This document shows, in pieces, positions 31,658 through 41,657 of a stretch of 64,000 bases of DNA. Positions within the stretch are counted from its first letter, which is position 1; every line of letters starts with the position of its first letter. The notes under the pieces were generated by a model. That model saw nothing but the letters and a program-made list of their open reading frames with translations, was not told the origin of the DNA and ran no database searches. The DNA is taken from the NCBI GenBank assembly GCA_044229845.1, contig JBGASG010000001.1:32001-96000 (forward strand), read 5' to 3'. The position numbers and the translations under genes were made by a program. This stretch comes from Candidatus Obscuribacteraceae bacterium (GTDB taxonomy: Bacteria > Cyanobacteriota > Vampirovibrionia > Obscuribacterales > Obscuribacteraceae).

Positions 31658-32713
31658 GTGCATACATTCACAGGCGGCGAATTCATCGTCATGGGCATTC
31701 CAGCGGAGACTCTGGATTCCGAAACGCTCAGCATCATCAAGCAGGTGCAGCCCGCCGGTTTCATCCTTTTTTCAAGAAACGTCAAGAGCCCGCAGAAACT
31801 GCGCGACCTCACGGAAAGTCTGCGGCGCGCCGTCAACCACGAACCGATTATCACCATCGATCAGGAAGGTGGTCGGGTTTCTCGCCTCAAAGAATTCATG
31901 ACCGAGCCGCCCAGCGCGCGGCAGTTCGCCGAACGCGATGACGTTGCGTTGATCGAAGAGCATGGTCTTTTGACAGGAAAGCTGTTGCGCTTATTCGGCT
32001 TCAACTTCAATCTCGCACCGGTGCTCGATGTCGAATTGAACTCCGCCAACGATAACTCGCTCAATCAAAGAGCTTATGGAAAGTCGCCCGAGCAAGTAAC
32101 GAAGAACGCGCGAGCGTTTCTCAAAGGAATGAAGAGCCAGGACATTCTCAGTTGCGGCAAGCACTTCCCCGGCTACTCGTGCGCATCGGTAGATCCGCAC
32201 AACGCTTTGCCGACCGTCGATCGCAGTATGGAAGACATGCTGAAGACCGAGTGGGTGCCATTCCAGCAAATGCTGCATGAACTGGATTCGTTGATGATCG
32301 GACACGTTTCATATCCGCAAATCGATCCGTCCGGAGTGCCTGCGACTCTGGCACCGAAGATGGTGCGTGAACTCGTGCGTACCGAGTGGCAATTCAAAGG
32401 CTGCACGGTTACTGATGACCTGGACATGGGTGCCATCAATAAGATTTACGGCAGCGTCGAAGCCGCCACCATGGCGCTTAAAGCAGGCAACGACATACTG
32501 CTGGTGTGCCACAACGTGACGGGTGTTCCGAAAATTGCGGAAGCCCTGGCCCAAGTCGAGCGCTCCGTTCAGGAGGAATCTTTTGGACGCATCATTCAAT
32601 TTAGAAAGCGCCTGCCGAAGCCGGTCGACTTCTCGATGGATGCCTTTCATACGCTGGATGCCGCAGTGAAGAAACTGCGTGAAGCCACGCTGCCCGTATC
32701 AAGTGAAGCGTAA
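31658..32713 (+). CDS. nagZ: GH3 beta-N-acetylhexosaminidase
   Basis: IDQEGGRVSRL, NLAPVLD, KHFPG, TDDLDM; AAGGAGG RBS before GTG. Confidence 0.88.
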   Translation: MHTFTGGEFIVMGIPAETLDSETLSIIKQVQPAGFILFSRNVKSPQKLRDLTESLRRAVNHEPIITIDQEGGRVSRLKEFMTEPPSARQFAERDDVALIEEHGLLTGKLLRLFGFNFNLAPVLDVELNSANDNSLNQRAYGKSPEQVTKNARAFLKGMKSQDILSCGKHFPGYSCASVDPHNALPTVDRSMEDMLKTEWVPFQQMLHELDSLMIGHVSYPQIDPSGVPATLAPKMVRELVRTEWQFKGCTVTDDLDMGAINKIYGSVEAATMALKAGNDILLVCHNVTGVPKIAEALAQVERSVQEESFGRIIQFRKRLPKPVDFSMDAFHTLDAAVKKLREATLPVSSEA

Positions 32714-32725
32714 AGGAAACAAACG

Positions 32726-33775
32726 GTGTCTCTAAATTTGGATCGAAATAAAAGAGTCGCAGTCTGGTTGACGGCGATTGCGTCGTTTAGTTTGACTACA
32801 GTGAACGCCGCGCATGGCGAAGACCTGGTGCAGGTGACTGAACCTGCTACCTATCTCGATGCCTACAATTTCAAGCCGTGCGTGCCGAATGCGAAGACCA
32901 AAGTCGGGTTGGCGCTTGGTGGAGGCGGAGCAAGAGGTGCTGCCCACGTTGGTGTGCTGCAAGTCCTGGACCGCGAAGGAATAAAGATCGATTACGTGTG
33001 CGGTACCAGTGTTGGTGCCATCGTGGGAGGACTCTGGGCAGCCGGGTGCCACCCGGATCGGCTGCAGTGTGACGCGGAGAGGGGATCATTCATGCGTAAG
33101 TACATGAATATGTCACTGCCTACCCGTCTGGCTCTGGAGCCGCTCACCCTGTCGCCTCGTCTGCTAGGCGCTAAGCCATATGACGGGTTGTACAGCGGTA
33201 AGACATTTCGCCATTACTTGCAGGAATCTTTGCCTGAGAAACACCCGCAAATACAGGACATGAAGAAACCATTTGCTGCGATTGCCTTCAACTTGCTGGA
33301 CGGCAAAACATATATGATTCGGGGCGGCGATCTGGATTTTGCGATGCAGGCGAGTTCTGCGGTACCCAGTCTGCGGAAGCCTGTTCCGTTTGCAGGAAAA
33401 CTCTTTGTCGACGGTGGGGTGGACTGCAATCTTCCGGTCAAACAATGCCGCGAGATGGGGGCCGATTTTGTGATCGCAGTGAATGTGGATCAGCCGTTTA
33501 AAGAGCAAGAAGAGGTGCACTTCAGGAAGTTGGGCAGCGTAACTGATCGCCTGATCAACTGGGACCTCTGGGATCTGGATAAGCCCCAAGAGCAGGTGGC
33601 CGATTTCATCATTCATCCTGATACCACCGGCATCAGTGTGATCACAACCAGCCCGAAGGCTGCGAAGAAAGCCTATGAAGCCGGCGTGAAAGCGGCTGAG
33701 GATGCTTTGCCGGAACTGCGCAAACTGCTCGCTCCGATCACTCCACCGGCGAGCGATGGTGCGGTGCAACCTTGA
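32726..33775 (+). CDS. Patatin-like phospholipase
   Basis: GGGGARG, GTSVG, DGG motifs. Confidence 0.93.
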   Translation: MSLNLDRNKRVAVWLTAIASFSLTTVNAAHGEDLVQVTEPATYLDAYNFKPCVPNAKTKVGLALGGGGARGAAHVGVLQVLDREGIKIDYVCGTSVGAIVGGLWAAGCHPDRLQCDAERGSFMRKYMNMSLPTRLALEPLTLSPRLLGAKPYDGLYSGKTFRHYLQESLPEKHPQIQDMKKPFAAIAFNLLDGKTYMIRGGDLDFAMQASSAVPSLRKPVPFAGKLFVDGGVDCNLPVKQCREMGADFVIAVNVDQPFKEQEEVHFRKLGSVTDRLINWDLWDLDKPQEQVADFIIHPDTTGISVITTSPKAAKKAYEAGVKAAEDALPELRKLLAPITPPASDGAVQP

Positions 33776-33780
33776 TCCTG

Positions 33781-35034
33781 TTACAGATCGAGCACGAAGC
33801 CGATTGATGCTATTTCCTGCTGTGAGGGATAAGTCTTCAATAGGTGCAGTTCGGGATAGTGATCCGTCTTTTCTAGAAGCGGTGCGAACGCCTTCACGAA
33901 CGCGTCCCACCGCAGCGATGCTTGCGGTTTGTCGCTCGGTCCGAAATAGACAATGTCCGCTTTGGGAACAAGCGCCGGCATGCGTCCACTAGTGATGCTG
34001 CAGTACGTGTGAGGCCATTTCGCCTTGGCGCTCGTATCGGCTTGCAGTGGTATCACTCTCCAGCCTTCTACGAGCTGATTGAACTCACCCTCAAGTGCTT
34101 GTCGTTGCCAGGCATATACTTGCTGCACGTAATCGAGATGTTTGGTTTCTAGAAAACGTAAGAGCGGTTTTTGCCGGGGCACTCGGTATGAGCTGAACAC
34201 GCCATCCCTCATCAGAATTGGCACCGGCGGCAGTGACCGCGGTTTCTTCGACTCCTCTTCCATCGTCATCATCAAGAAAGCTATGCCGGCCTGTGAATCC
34301 GTTCCGGAGACTGTCATCAAGTTGTTGTTGTGCAGCACGATGAGGCGTTCGCCGCTTACGGGAAGCGTCATCAGATTGTCGGAGAAGACTATGCGAGCGC
34401 TGTCGTATTCGTCTTGCCACATGCTCTTGTGAATGAGGGATTCATTCGTGGAAGTGTCCATGAAGGATTCGAAGTCGAATTGTGTGCGCTCAAACAGATT
34501 AGCGCAGCCCTGTTCGAAGCATTCCAGATATTCCAGACCCCACTCATCCAGCTGACTCGAGGTCACGTACATCATTTGTTCCGGCATATCGTACGTCGCC
34601 AGGAGAGCAAAGTGCTCGGCGACGACCGCGTGCGGAATCTCGACATTGCTTGATTTACCGCCACCCACGCCCATCTTCAACTTGAGGCGCCACATCTCGA
34701 TAGACCATCGATCTTTTACTTGAATCAATAGGCGTGACTTAATAGATTCGATTTCACGGAGCGATAGGTTGGACCGTCGGATCAATCCATTGGTCGCGCG
34801 CATGAGAATCTCTTCGCGGTTGACTGGATTTATTTCGCGGCAGTATTCGTTGTAATAGTTGGTCAGCAGAACTTGGCAGACAACCCGCCCCTGTCCATCT
34901 GAAATCACAAAGCTATATTGGCGTCGATCAAGTTTCAGTTCGCCTTCAATCTTTTTGTTGCGGCTGAAGAAATAGTCAGCAACGATGTTTGCGAAGTCTT
35001 CTTGTGAAGGTAATTCAGTTGGAGCCAAAGTCAC
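33781..35034 (-). CDS. Hypothetical protein with DUF1444/YtpQ-like region
   Basis: YDMPEQMMYVTSSQLDEWG, YDSARI; AGGAGG RBS before GTG. Confidence 0.6.
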   Translation of the reverse strand: MTLAPTELPSQEDFANIVADYFFSRNKKIEGELKLDRRQYSFVISDGQGRVVCQVLLTNYYNEYCREINPVNREEILMRATNGLIRRSNLSLREIESIKSRLLIQVKDRWSIEMWRLKLKMGVGGGKSSNVEIPHAVVAEHFALLATYDMPEQMMYVTSSQLDEWGLEYLECFEQGCANLFERTQFDFESFMDTSTNESLIHKSMWQDEYDSARIVFSDNLMTLPVSGERLIVLHNNNLMTVSGTDSQAGIAFLMMTMEEESKKPRSLPPVPILMRDGVFSSYRVPRQKPLLRFLETKHLDYVQQVYAWQRQALEGEFNQLVEGWRVIPLQADTSAKAKWPHTYCSITSGRMPALVPKADIVYFGPSDKPQASLRWDAFVKAFAPLLEKTDHYPELHLLKTYPSQQEIASIGFVLDL

Positions 35035-35402
35035 AGACCCTCCTGCACGTGTTGCACGCGCTACTGTCCGGCGACAGTGCTGCAATTTAACAGGAATGCC
35101 GCGGACCGGAGTATGGTGGAACCCCCACTGAATTTACAGACGTCTTGGAGTGTCACGTTCTCGTGTTATCTGGAGCGGAGCAGTGCCGGTGATTTTTGAT
35201 GTCCGAAAATTCCGCAGGGTGTGTATATCCGATTAGTCCCGCTGATCCCACCTGATCGTCCTCAGGTAACGTCAAAATTTGACGGCATTCGTGCGGGCTA
35301 CATCATCCGCCTCAGATCACTTAGTGCTCGATGCGGATGGGCAGGCTATGGCGTGGTTAATACATTTCCGTCGATGCATGTTTTCGACGGTGGAGGTTTC
35401 GC

Positions 35403-36002
35403 ATGGTTGAAGGCAAACACGATGTAGAAGACGTGAGCATGTTGGCGCGAGGCATTTCGAATCGATTCGACGACCTCGACACAAACCGCTCCGGCTGTCT
35501 GGATCGCGACGAGTTGGAGATGGCTTCAAAGGAAGGTACTAGTGCCTATCTGCGAGACGCCGCTGTAATGCTGCTTACCCATTTCGATGACGCGACGCAA
35601 TTCGCTTCCACGAACAACGTACCTCATAAGCTGCGGGCGCAAGTGTATGCCTCCTTTGAGAAAACATTCGCCAGTGACAAGACAACTGGCGGCATTTCGA
35701 AAGATGACTTACACGTAATTGAACTCATCGCTTCTGAGTCAGAAACGAAGCAGCACCTGGCTGAGGTAAAAGAGGCAGAGAGTTTGTGGGCGCAGGGAGA
35801 AGCTGTCTTAGCTGGCGGACTGGTGCTCAGTGCATTCGCATTCGGCATTGCTCCGACCGGCGTCAGTCAGGTCGTCAGCCTTGGATGTCTGGCCGGCGCG
35901 GGCTATTCCGCCTTCCGATCTGCGCAAGACTTCCTCTTTAGCAACGTGCCAAGGTACGAGACATACATGCGCGACCGCAGAAAAACTCTGGCCGACTGGT
36001 AG
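35403..36002 (+). CDS. EF-hand-containing membrane protein
   Basis: DTNRSGCLDRDE loop; C-terminal hydrophobic hairpin. Confidence 0.65.
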   Translation: MVEGKHDVEDVSMLARGISNRFDDLDTNRSGCLDRDELEMASKEGTSAYLRDAAVMLLTHFDDATQFASTNNVPHKLRAQVYASFEKTFASDKTTGGISKDDLHVIELIASESETKQHLAEVKEAESLWAQGEAVLAGGLVLSAFAFGIAPTGVSQVVSLGCLAGAGYSAFRSAQDFLFSNVPRYETYMRDRRKTLADW

Positions 36003-36018
36003 GGTAGGTAGACGAGAG

Positions 36019-37065
36019 CTACTGCTTGTTTTGATGTTCTACGTGTCCGATCATTTGCATGTTGTCGGACTTGCCGAACCACTCACCGTTCTTGTCCTTG
36101 AAGAAGACATAGTCGCCTTCGAATGTAGTGACTTCATCGGGTGAGTTAGGACTGTCGAAGCGCTCGCGTTTCACGAACTTGACGTGATATTTGTAGCCGT
36201 CGTAGTTCTGTTCCGGGCCGCCCACGTGAGCGGTGTGCTGCTGGAGGTTTCCTGCATCGGCATTGTTGAATATGCCATGGCCCTCGTTCTGGAAAACGGG
36301 GAAATCGACGTACACGGTCGAACTGCCTTGCGGCACCTGGTTCGACATGATGATTTTTTTGAAGGTGTCTTCGTTGGGTGGTGAACCTTTGGGGACAACG
36401 AACGCATCGCGGAATCCGTTTTGTCCTGGATTTGCCGGAGCCTGACCGCCTCCGCCACCACCGGCGCCACCGCCTCCGCCGCCGGCACCACCACCGCCAC
36501 CACCACCGCCGGCACCGTTGTTGCCTGCGCCAACTCCGCCGTGCGAGCCACCGCCGCCCAGTTTCATGTTGGCAGGATTGAACCAGGCGCCGGGACTACC
36601 TGCAGGGCTGGTGTTGAGTTGGACTCTTACCTGTCCGGATGGACCGCCCACTTCCGTGACGGTTCCCTGGTAGGTGCCCAGAACAATTACGTTGTCGCCG
36701 ACATGGAACTGTCCGCCGCCGCCACCGCCACCAGGGATGCCGCCGCCACCTGGCGTTCCACCGCCGCCCGGAACTCCTCCGCCACCGCCACCACCGCCAC
36801 CGCCGGCGTTGCCACCAGCTCCGCCGCCGCCGCCATGTTTCATGTTGTTCGGGTTATACCAGCTGCCGGGTGAATCGGGCGGCGAGGTCGAAAGCCTGAC
36901 TCGCACCATGCCGGAGGGTCCACCGAGTTGAGTGACCACTCCCGAATAGTTGCCCCATCCTGGAAGAACGATCACGCTGTCGCCGACGGCAAATTGTTCG
37001 GCAAGGGCTGGCAACGAAGTGCTGACGAGGGCTGACAGCAAAATTCCAAGCAGCTTTTGATTCAT
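36019..37065 (-). CDS. Secreted Gly-rich protein with two SH3/KOW-like repeats
   Basis: Signal peptide; QFxVGDxVIVL...GxWxNPxNMK twice, separated by poly-Gly linkers. Confidence 0.8.
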   Translation of the reverse strand: MNQKLLGILLSALVSTSLPALAEQFAVGDSVIVLPGWGNYSGVVTQLGGPSGMVRVRLSTSPPDSPGSWYNPNNMKHGGGGGAGGNAGGGGGGGGGGVPGGGGTPGGGGIPGGGGGGGQFHVGDNVIVLGTYQGTVTEVGGPSGQVRVQLNTSPAGSPGAWFNPANMKLGGGGSHGGVGAGNNGAGGGGGGGGAGGGGGGAGGGGGGQAPANPGQNGFRDAFVVPKGSPPNEDTFKKIIMSNQVPQGSSTVYVDFPVFQNEGHGIFNNADAGNLQQHTAHVGGPEQNYDGYKYHVKFVKRERFDSPNSPDEVTTFEGDYVFFKDKNGEWFGKSDNMQMIGHVEHQNKQ

Positions 37066-37198
37066 TTGGGGACCCTCGATTGCCGTATCCGAGTGACTAT
37101 ATCAGATATAGCTTGTTCGAGTGTCGGCTCATGTCTTCCTCGTCGGATCGCAGCGTGTTGCCGGTTAGCGGACGCATCCGTGGCTTCAGGGGAGGGGG

Positions 37199-37995
37199 CT
37201 ATTCGAAGCGGTATCCCAACACGTAAGTATGTTGTGAGTCGGTGCCTGCACCCGAGTAGACGATCAATCCATTTTCCTGGCGCGGGACGCCAGCCTGTTC
37301 GAATCCGCCGAGTGGATTTTGCACCCACCACGTGCCGTCAGCATGTAGCTCGATGCGCTGTCCGCCGGTTTCGTACGAGACTGGATGCTCCGGTGCGTCG
37401 AATAGCGTGGTGATAGAACGCCCGACTCCGTTGCGCTGCTCGGCTTCTTGATCCAGCGCCTCCGGTGTCGCGGAGAGCACCCTCCCGGCGCCGAGTTTGT
37501 ATGCAACGTTCGCATCGTCGCCGGCACCAGGGTAGAACACCGATCCGTCTTCCTGGAGCATTGGTGTCCCGGCAAGCGTGAACGCGCCGTCCGGCTCATG
37601 CACCCACCACATTCCGTCATCGTGTTTGACGATGCGCTTGCCGTTGCTCTCGTACGCGATCGGCTCGCCCTGCGGATTGTACGAGATTGCAGTGTTGTTG
37701 TTGCCGTCGTGAGTAAGTTGTTCTTCAGAGGCACCATCAAAACCGATGGTCACGGTCGGAAGCCAGTTTTCCAGATACGGGTTGTCTCGCGCGACATTAT
37801 TCAGCGAGTTGGTGAACTGCTTGAAGTACTCAGGACCCTGCTGGCGCGCCAGTCCAGCGTCGCTTGCACATCATCGAAGAGATACGTGTCGGCGGTCGCC
37901 GTGTGCTCAGTCAGCTTGTTCACCGCTTCTGTGGCGGCGGCTGTGGGGTTGTCGGCATTCGTCGTGACGGTTTGCGCGGCTGGTTGTGTGGACAT
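37199..37995 (-). pseudogene. Hypothetical repeat protein split by a 1-nt frameshift near 37850
   Basis: Adding one G at TGG(G)CGCGCCAG joins ORF 37801-37995 to ORF 37199-37753; two internal repeats with WWV. Confidence 0.65.
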
Positions 37996-38152
37996 TTGCT
38001 CGTCTCCTCTTCAGCGAAGCAAGTGAGAGGAAGAACGCGGAGCGCTCATCCTTCAGCAAGTTCTGGCGGGCGGGAACGATGCAATACTAAGCCGGCATTC
38101 ACAACTAATTCTGGAATGGATTGTGCACATTTCGTGTATGGGATGAGCGCGT

Positions 38153-38187
38153 CGTCGCGTCGCGTCACGTCGCGTCACGTCGCGTCA
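38153..38187. repeat. Pentanucleotide microsatellite (CGTCR)7
   Basis: Read directly from the sequence. Confidence 0.85.
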
Positions 38188-38285
38188 CGCCTATGTACCT
38201 TCAACGAAAGAACCACGGCTAGTGTCCGCGGTGTGGCGGCCAATTTTGAAGTGAAACGCCGAATTCCGGTGCCATCGCGGCGAGT

Positions 38286-38366
38286 TGTCCGCCATGGCGG
38301 ACAGCTATCATCGATTTTGTCCGCCGCGGCGGACACCCGAATCCGTTTTGTCCGCCACGGCGGACA
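38286..38366. repeat. Three 18-bp palindromes TGTCCGCC-NN-GGCGGACA, 31-32 bp period
   Basis: Copies at 38286, 38318 and 38349. Confidence 0.9.
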
Positions 38367-38458
38367 GTCCTCACCGCCAACTCTCCATGTCACCCCAACC
38401 TAAGCGTAGCAAGAACGCAGAAGAACGTTTACGGCAAAGTCACGGGCGCGTCGCCCGG

Positions 38459-38743
38459 TTATGCCGTTGCCTTCAGCTCGAAGTCATGCAGCATACGCTC
38501 GGTCTTCGCCTCCGACACGCGATTGATTAGTTTTCGCGCTTCGTGGTTGTCGCGCACTGTTTTCGACAGAGTGAAACAGGAACCAACGCAAAACAATAAC
38601 CCCATCGACATGTACCCCTTTACCCAGAAGTCGACTGGAAGATTGTAGATGCCGATTGCGGTAGCCAGATTCGATGCAACAAAAGAGATCCAGACGAACG
38701 CCATCCAATGGGAGCTGTTCTCGGAGATCATGGGTCTATCCAT
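38459..38743 (-). CDS. YiaA/YiaB-family two-helix membrane protein
   Basis: GIYNLPVDFWVKGY...FTLSKTVRD. Confidence 0.8.
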   Translation of the reverse strand: MDRPMISENSSHWMAFVWISFVASNLATAIGIYNLPVDFWVKGYMSMGLLFCVGSCFTLSKTVRDNHEARKLINRVSEAKTERMLHDFELKATA

Positions 38744-38886
38744 GGCACGCACCTCTGATTTTGTATGTTGCCTAGATCGCAATCCTATCGCTCGCTCTGA
38801 TCCGGCGAAGGACCTCGGTGACACTTCAGAAAATGTACCGGTAGAACAGGGTCCAGGCAGTCTCGTGTACTTCAAAGGGATGCGCT

Positions 38887-38928
38887 TTGCAAGCCGTAGC
38901 ACTAAGTGCTATATTGCACTAGGTGCTA
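38887..38928 (+). promoter_or_regulatory. TA operon promoter with two palindromic operators
   Basis: -35 TTGCAA (38887), 17 nt, -10 TATATT; palindromes TAGCACTAAGTGCTA and TTGCACTAGGTGCTA. Confidence 0.75.
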
Positions 38929-38940
38929 CAGTCAGGTTTT

Positions 38941-39321
38941 ATGCGAATTTTCAAAACGAAGCAATTTGATAAACTCGCTGGCAAGGTCGGACTGATAGAC
39001 GCTGCGTTGATTAAGGCTGCGAAGGAGGTTGCAACAGGGCTTGCCGGAGATGCACTTGGGGGCAATCTCTATAAGAAGCGAATTGCCAGAATTGGAGCGG
39101 GGAAAAGCAGAGGTTATCGTACGGTATTAATCTACAGGACAAAGCCGCAAGACATTTTCTTCATCTACTGCTTTGCAAAGAACGAACGGAGTAATGTTGG
39201 ACGGGAGGAGCTAATCGCGCTGAGGTTATTGGAGAAGGAATTTTCCAACTTTTCGAATGCAGACATAGACACTGCCATTCGCGAAGGCGAATTATCGGAG
39301 TTGACGTATGAAGATGAGTAG
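38941..39321 (+). CDS. higB: RelE/HigB-type toxin
   Basis: MRIFKTKQF, LGGNLYKKRIA, GKSRGYR, FAKNE. Confidence 0.85.
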   Translation: MRIFKTKQFDKLAGKVGLIDAALIKAAKEVATGLAGDALGGNLYKKRIARIGAGKSRGYRTVLIYRTKPQDIFFIYCFAKNERSNVGREELIALRLLEKEFSNFSNADIDTAIREGELSELTYEDE

Positions 39322-39700
39322 GAGCAAGGCTGCATCAAGTTCTAAGAAGCCGCCGTCACCAAAGAAGTCCTCGCCTAAGAGGAAGCGGACCAAAAGCGAA
39401 AGCCCAATCCTGGCGGCTGTACACGAAACCGCGTCCGGGCTTTACCGCGCAGGCTTAATAGGCAAATCCACTATGAAGGAATTCGACGCTGCCTGTTTGC
39501 CGAAGGTCAAAACGTACACTCCAAGTCAAATCCAGGGAATTCGAACCCGCTGCGGAGCCAGTCAGCCAGTATTTGCCGCTTATCTGAATGTTACAGTCTC
39601 ATCAGTTCAGAAGTGGGAAACCGGACAAAAGAAGCCCAATGCGGCAGCTCTGAAACTTTTGAACTTAGTGGACACCAAAGGGTTTGAGATTTTAAAGTAG
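39308..39700 (+). CDS. higA: HTH-XRE antitoxin (HigA-type)
   Basis: SQPVFAAYLNV...VQKWETGQKKP; downstream of and overlapping the toxin. Confidence 0.85.
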   Translation: MKMSRSKAASSSKKPPSPKKSSPKRKRTKSESPILAAVHETASGLYRAGLIGKSTMKEFDAACLPKVKTYTPSQIQGIRTRCGASQPVFAAYLNVTVSSVQKWETGQKKPNAAALKLLNLVDTKGFEILK

Positions 39701-39717
39701 CGGTGTCCACTGCGAGG

Positions 39718-40851
39718 CTAGCTGTCTGACAGTGCCATTCGTAGATTGAATCCGAAGCGGTCAAGGGATCCCCTGTGCATTTCCGGTGGCAGAATCGAAG
39801 GCTCGACTCTCGTCAGCGCATCCTTTGCTACGAGATCGTTCAGGTAGTCAATCTCGGTTGAGAATGTTTGATCCTCTACGTAGAAGGTTCCTACAAAGTC
39901 GCCTTCGCATATGAATGCTAGTGCTGTGCTCAACGTTGTTGGCTGTGATACTGTCAGGCAAGCGGTCAACTCTTTTCCCTTGAGCCAACCAAGCATGTAT
40001 TCAATGTACGAGGGTGCATCTAGCGAATCCTTTCGCTCGACCGCATATCCCAAGAACAGTGCCGATATTGGCAGCACCACTTCCTCCGGCAAGTCGTGAA
40101 TCAGAACCTCAGCGGATGGATCATCGATGAGAGTGCGAAAGAGTAGCCGCAAAGACGGTTCAGTAGGCACCGGGTCCAGCGAGTGACGGTTACCGTAAAT
40201 ACAACCGGTGGCGCGCCCTCGAAGTAGCAGCACCGTTCCGCGCGATTTGGATGCTGGGGACGTGAACCTCAAGCAACCAGTTTGCTGGTTTCCTTCCAGG
40301 TCTGTGACAAGATCACTCGGTCCGTGCTCATCTAACTTGTACCAAGCAGGCATTTCACCAACCACCGGAAGTGGTATCAGATCGATTGCGCGTCGATGTC
40401 TGAAGCCGGTCTGCTTCCATGTCGAGTTGATCGGTCCCTTCTCTCGCCAACTCGAATCAAGTTTCTCGCTCAGTCCAAGCTTAACGTTTTCTACGGACAT
40501 CATCGGCTGAAGAAGCGCCCTAAGTCCACTCATACACACGAATTGAGCTATGACCTCATCTCCGACTTTGAGTTCTTGATCGGTTGGAAGAAAAGCCTCA
40601 AGGTCGTCCCTGATGATCACGACGGCGTATCCACCGAGTTCTTTCGCGATCACCTTGCAAATCAGTTTCTGTCCAGGTTTGTAATTTCCCCAATCGCCGC
40701 TGTAACCGATCGCCGTGCGACGAGGCGGTTCTGCTGGTGGAGTTCGTCCTGGGCTGGGTTGCGTTTTAGGAGTTCGCGGAGGCTTAGGGTTTGCGTCCTC
40801 AGCCCGTTTGCGACGCCGCTTCGCTAACTCATCGGAATCATCGTCGGGCAT
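39718..40851 (-). CDS. S1-like domain plus DUF4388/PatA_N-like domain protein
   Basis: N-terminal PGQKLICKVIAKELGGYAV; TGCLRF...GTVLLLRG pattern. Confidence 0.6.
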   Translation of the reverse strand: MPDDDSDELAKRRRKRAEDANPKPPRTPKTQPSPGRTPPAEPPRRTAIGYSGDWGNYKPGQKLICKVIAKELGGYAVVIIRDDLEAFLPTDQELKVGDEVIAQFVCMSGLRALLQPMMSVENVKLGLSEKLDSSWREKGPINSTWKQTGFRHRRAIDLIPLPVVGEMPAWYKLDEHGPSDLVTDLEGNQQTGCLRFTSPASKSRGTVLLLRGRATGCIYGNRHSLDPVPTEPSLRLLFRTLIDDPSAEVLIHDLPEEVVLPISALFLGYAVERKDSLDAPSYIEYMLGWLKGKELTACLTVSQPTTLSTALAFICEGDFVGTFYVEDQTFSTEIDYLNDLVAKDALTRVEPSILPPEMHRGSLDRFGFNLRMALSDS

Positions 40852-40962
40852 AGTGCGGGACCGTCTTGAGGTTTGGGGTTCTTCCTCTAGTCTGCCGTAC
40901 GCGCCAAACGCTGTCCACTGTGCAAACACCGCGAGCGTAACGATCGCGGGCATAATAGGAGC

Positions 40963-41325
40963 ATGAGTACACCTGAGACATCACTCTGCGGTATCGACGA
41001 GCCTGTTAAGACATGCAGGCAGTGTGGGACGCAGGCACCCTCACATGTCGCAGTGTGCCCTCGGTGTACAGAGATTCTTCCTGAGCTTAAGCTTCCGAAG
41101 AGGCACTTGTCTGGCGACGACCTACCAGCCCTAATTTACAAAGGCGAAGAACGCTACACGCCAGCCAAACCAGCCGAAATTGAGGAATCGATAGTCCCCG
41201 AGCCTCCGCCGGAATACGAGCCTGAACCATTCGCTGACGTCCTGTTTCGAGTCTTGAAGGCGCTCGCTGCAATCGGTGCGTTATGGGTGCTGTATGCGTT
41301 GTTTGGTCCAAGGCTGCCCGGATGA
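40963..41325 (+). CDS. Zn-ribbon membrane protein
   Basis: CRQC...CPRC, C-terminal TM helix. Confidence 0.7.
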   Translation: MSTPETSLCGIDEPVKTCRQCGTQAPSHVAVCPRCTEILPELKLPKRHLSGDDLPALIYKGEERYTPAKPAEIEESIVPEPPPEYEPEPFADVLFRVLKALAAIGALWVLYALFGPRLPG

Positions 41326-41657
41326 TGCTTGCTTCGACTCCTAGCGATAACTTGTTGATGATGCAGGAAGAACGTCTGCAGCGACGCATCGCTGCGGCCG
41401 GCACTCTAATGCTTCCATGGGCGATACTGGTGCTGACTTGGCTATACACGCCGTCCTACATCCGCCCACTCCTTGATCATCCTGCGACGCTTCCGGGCAG
41501 CCTGACGGTCGCTTTGCTTACTGCGATGGTGTTCTGGATGCTGCAATCTACATCGTCCAAGTTGGTTTGGCTTCTAACCATCTTGTTTTTCGTAGTGCCG
41601 TTGTGTCTAGTGCCTTGCATCATTCCGGCAACGCTGGTGGTTCTAATAGCTAAATAA
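41322..41657 (+). CDS. Small membrane protein
   Basis: Three hydrophobic segments; ATGA overlap with the upstream gene. Confidence 0.6.
   Translation: MMLASTPSDNLLMMQEERLQRRIAAAGTLMLPWAILVLTWLYTPSYIRPLLDHPATLPGSLTVALLTAMVFWMLQSTSSKLVWLLTILFFVVPLCLVPCIIPATLVVLIAK

Noticed and set aside
38286..38366. CRISPR array
   Set aside because: 18-bp repeats with 13-14 nt spacers are too short, and there are no cas genes
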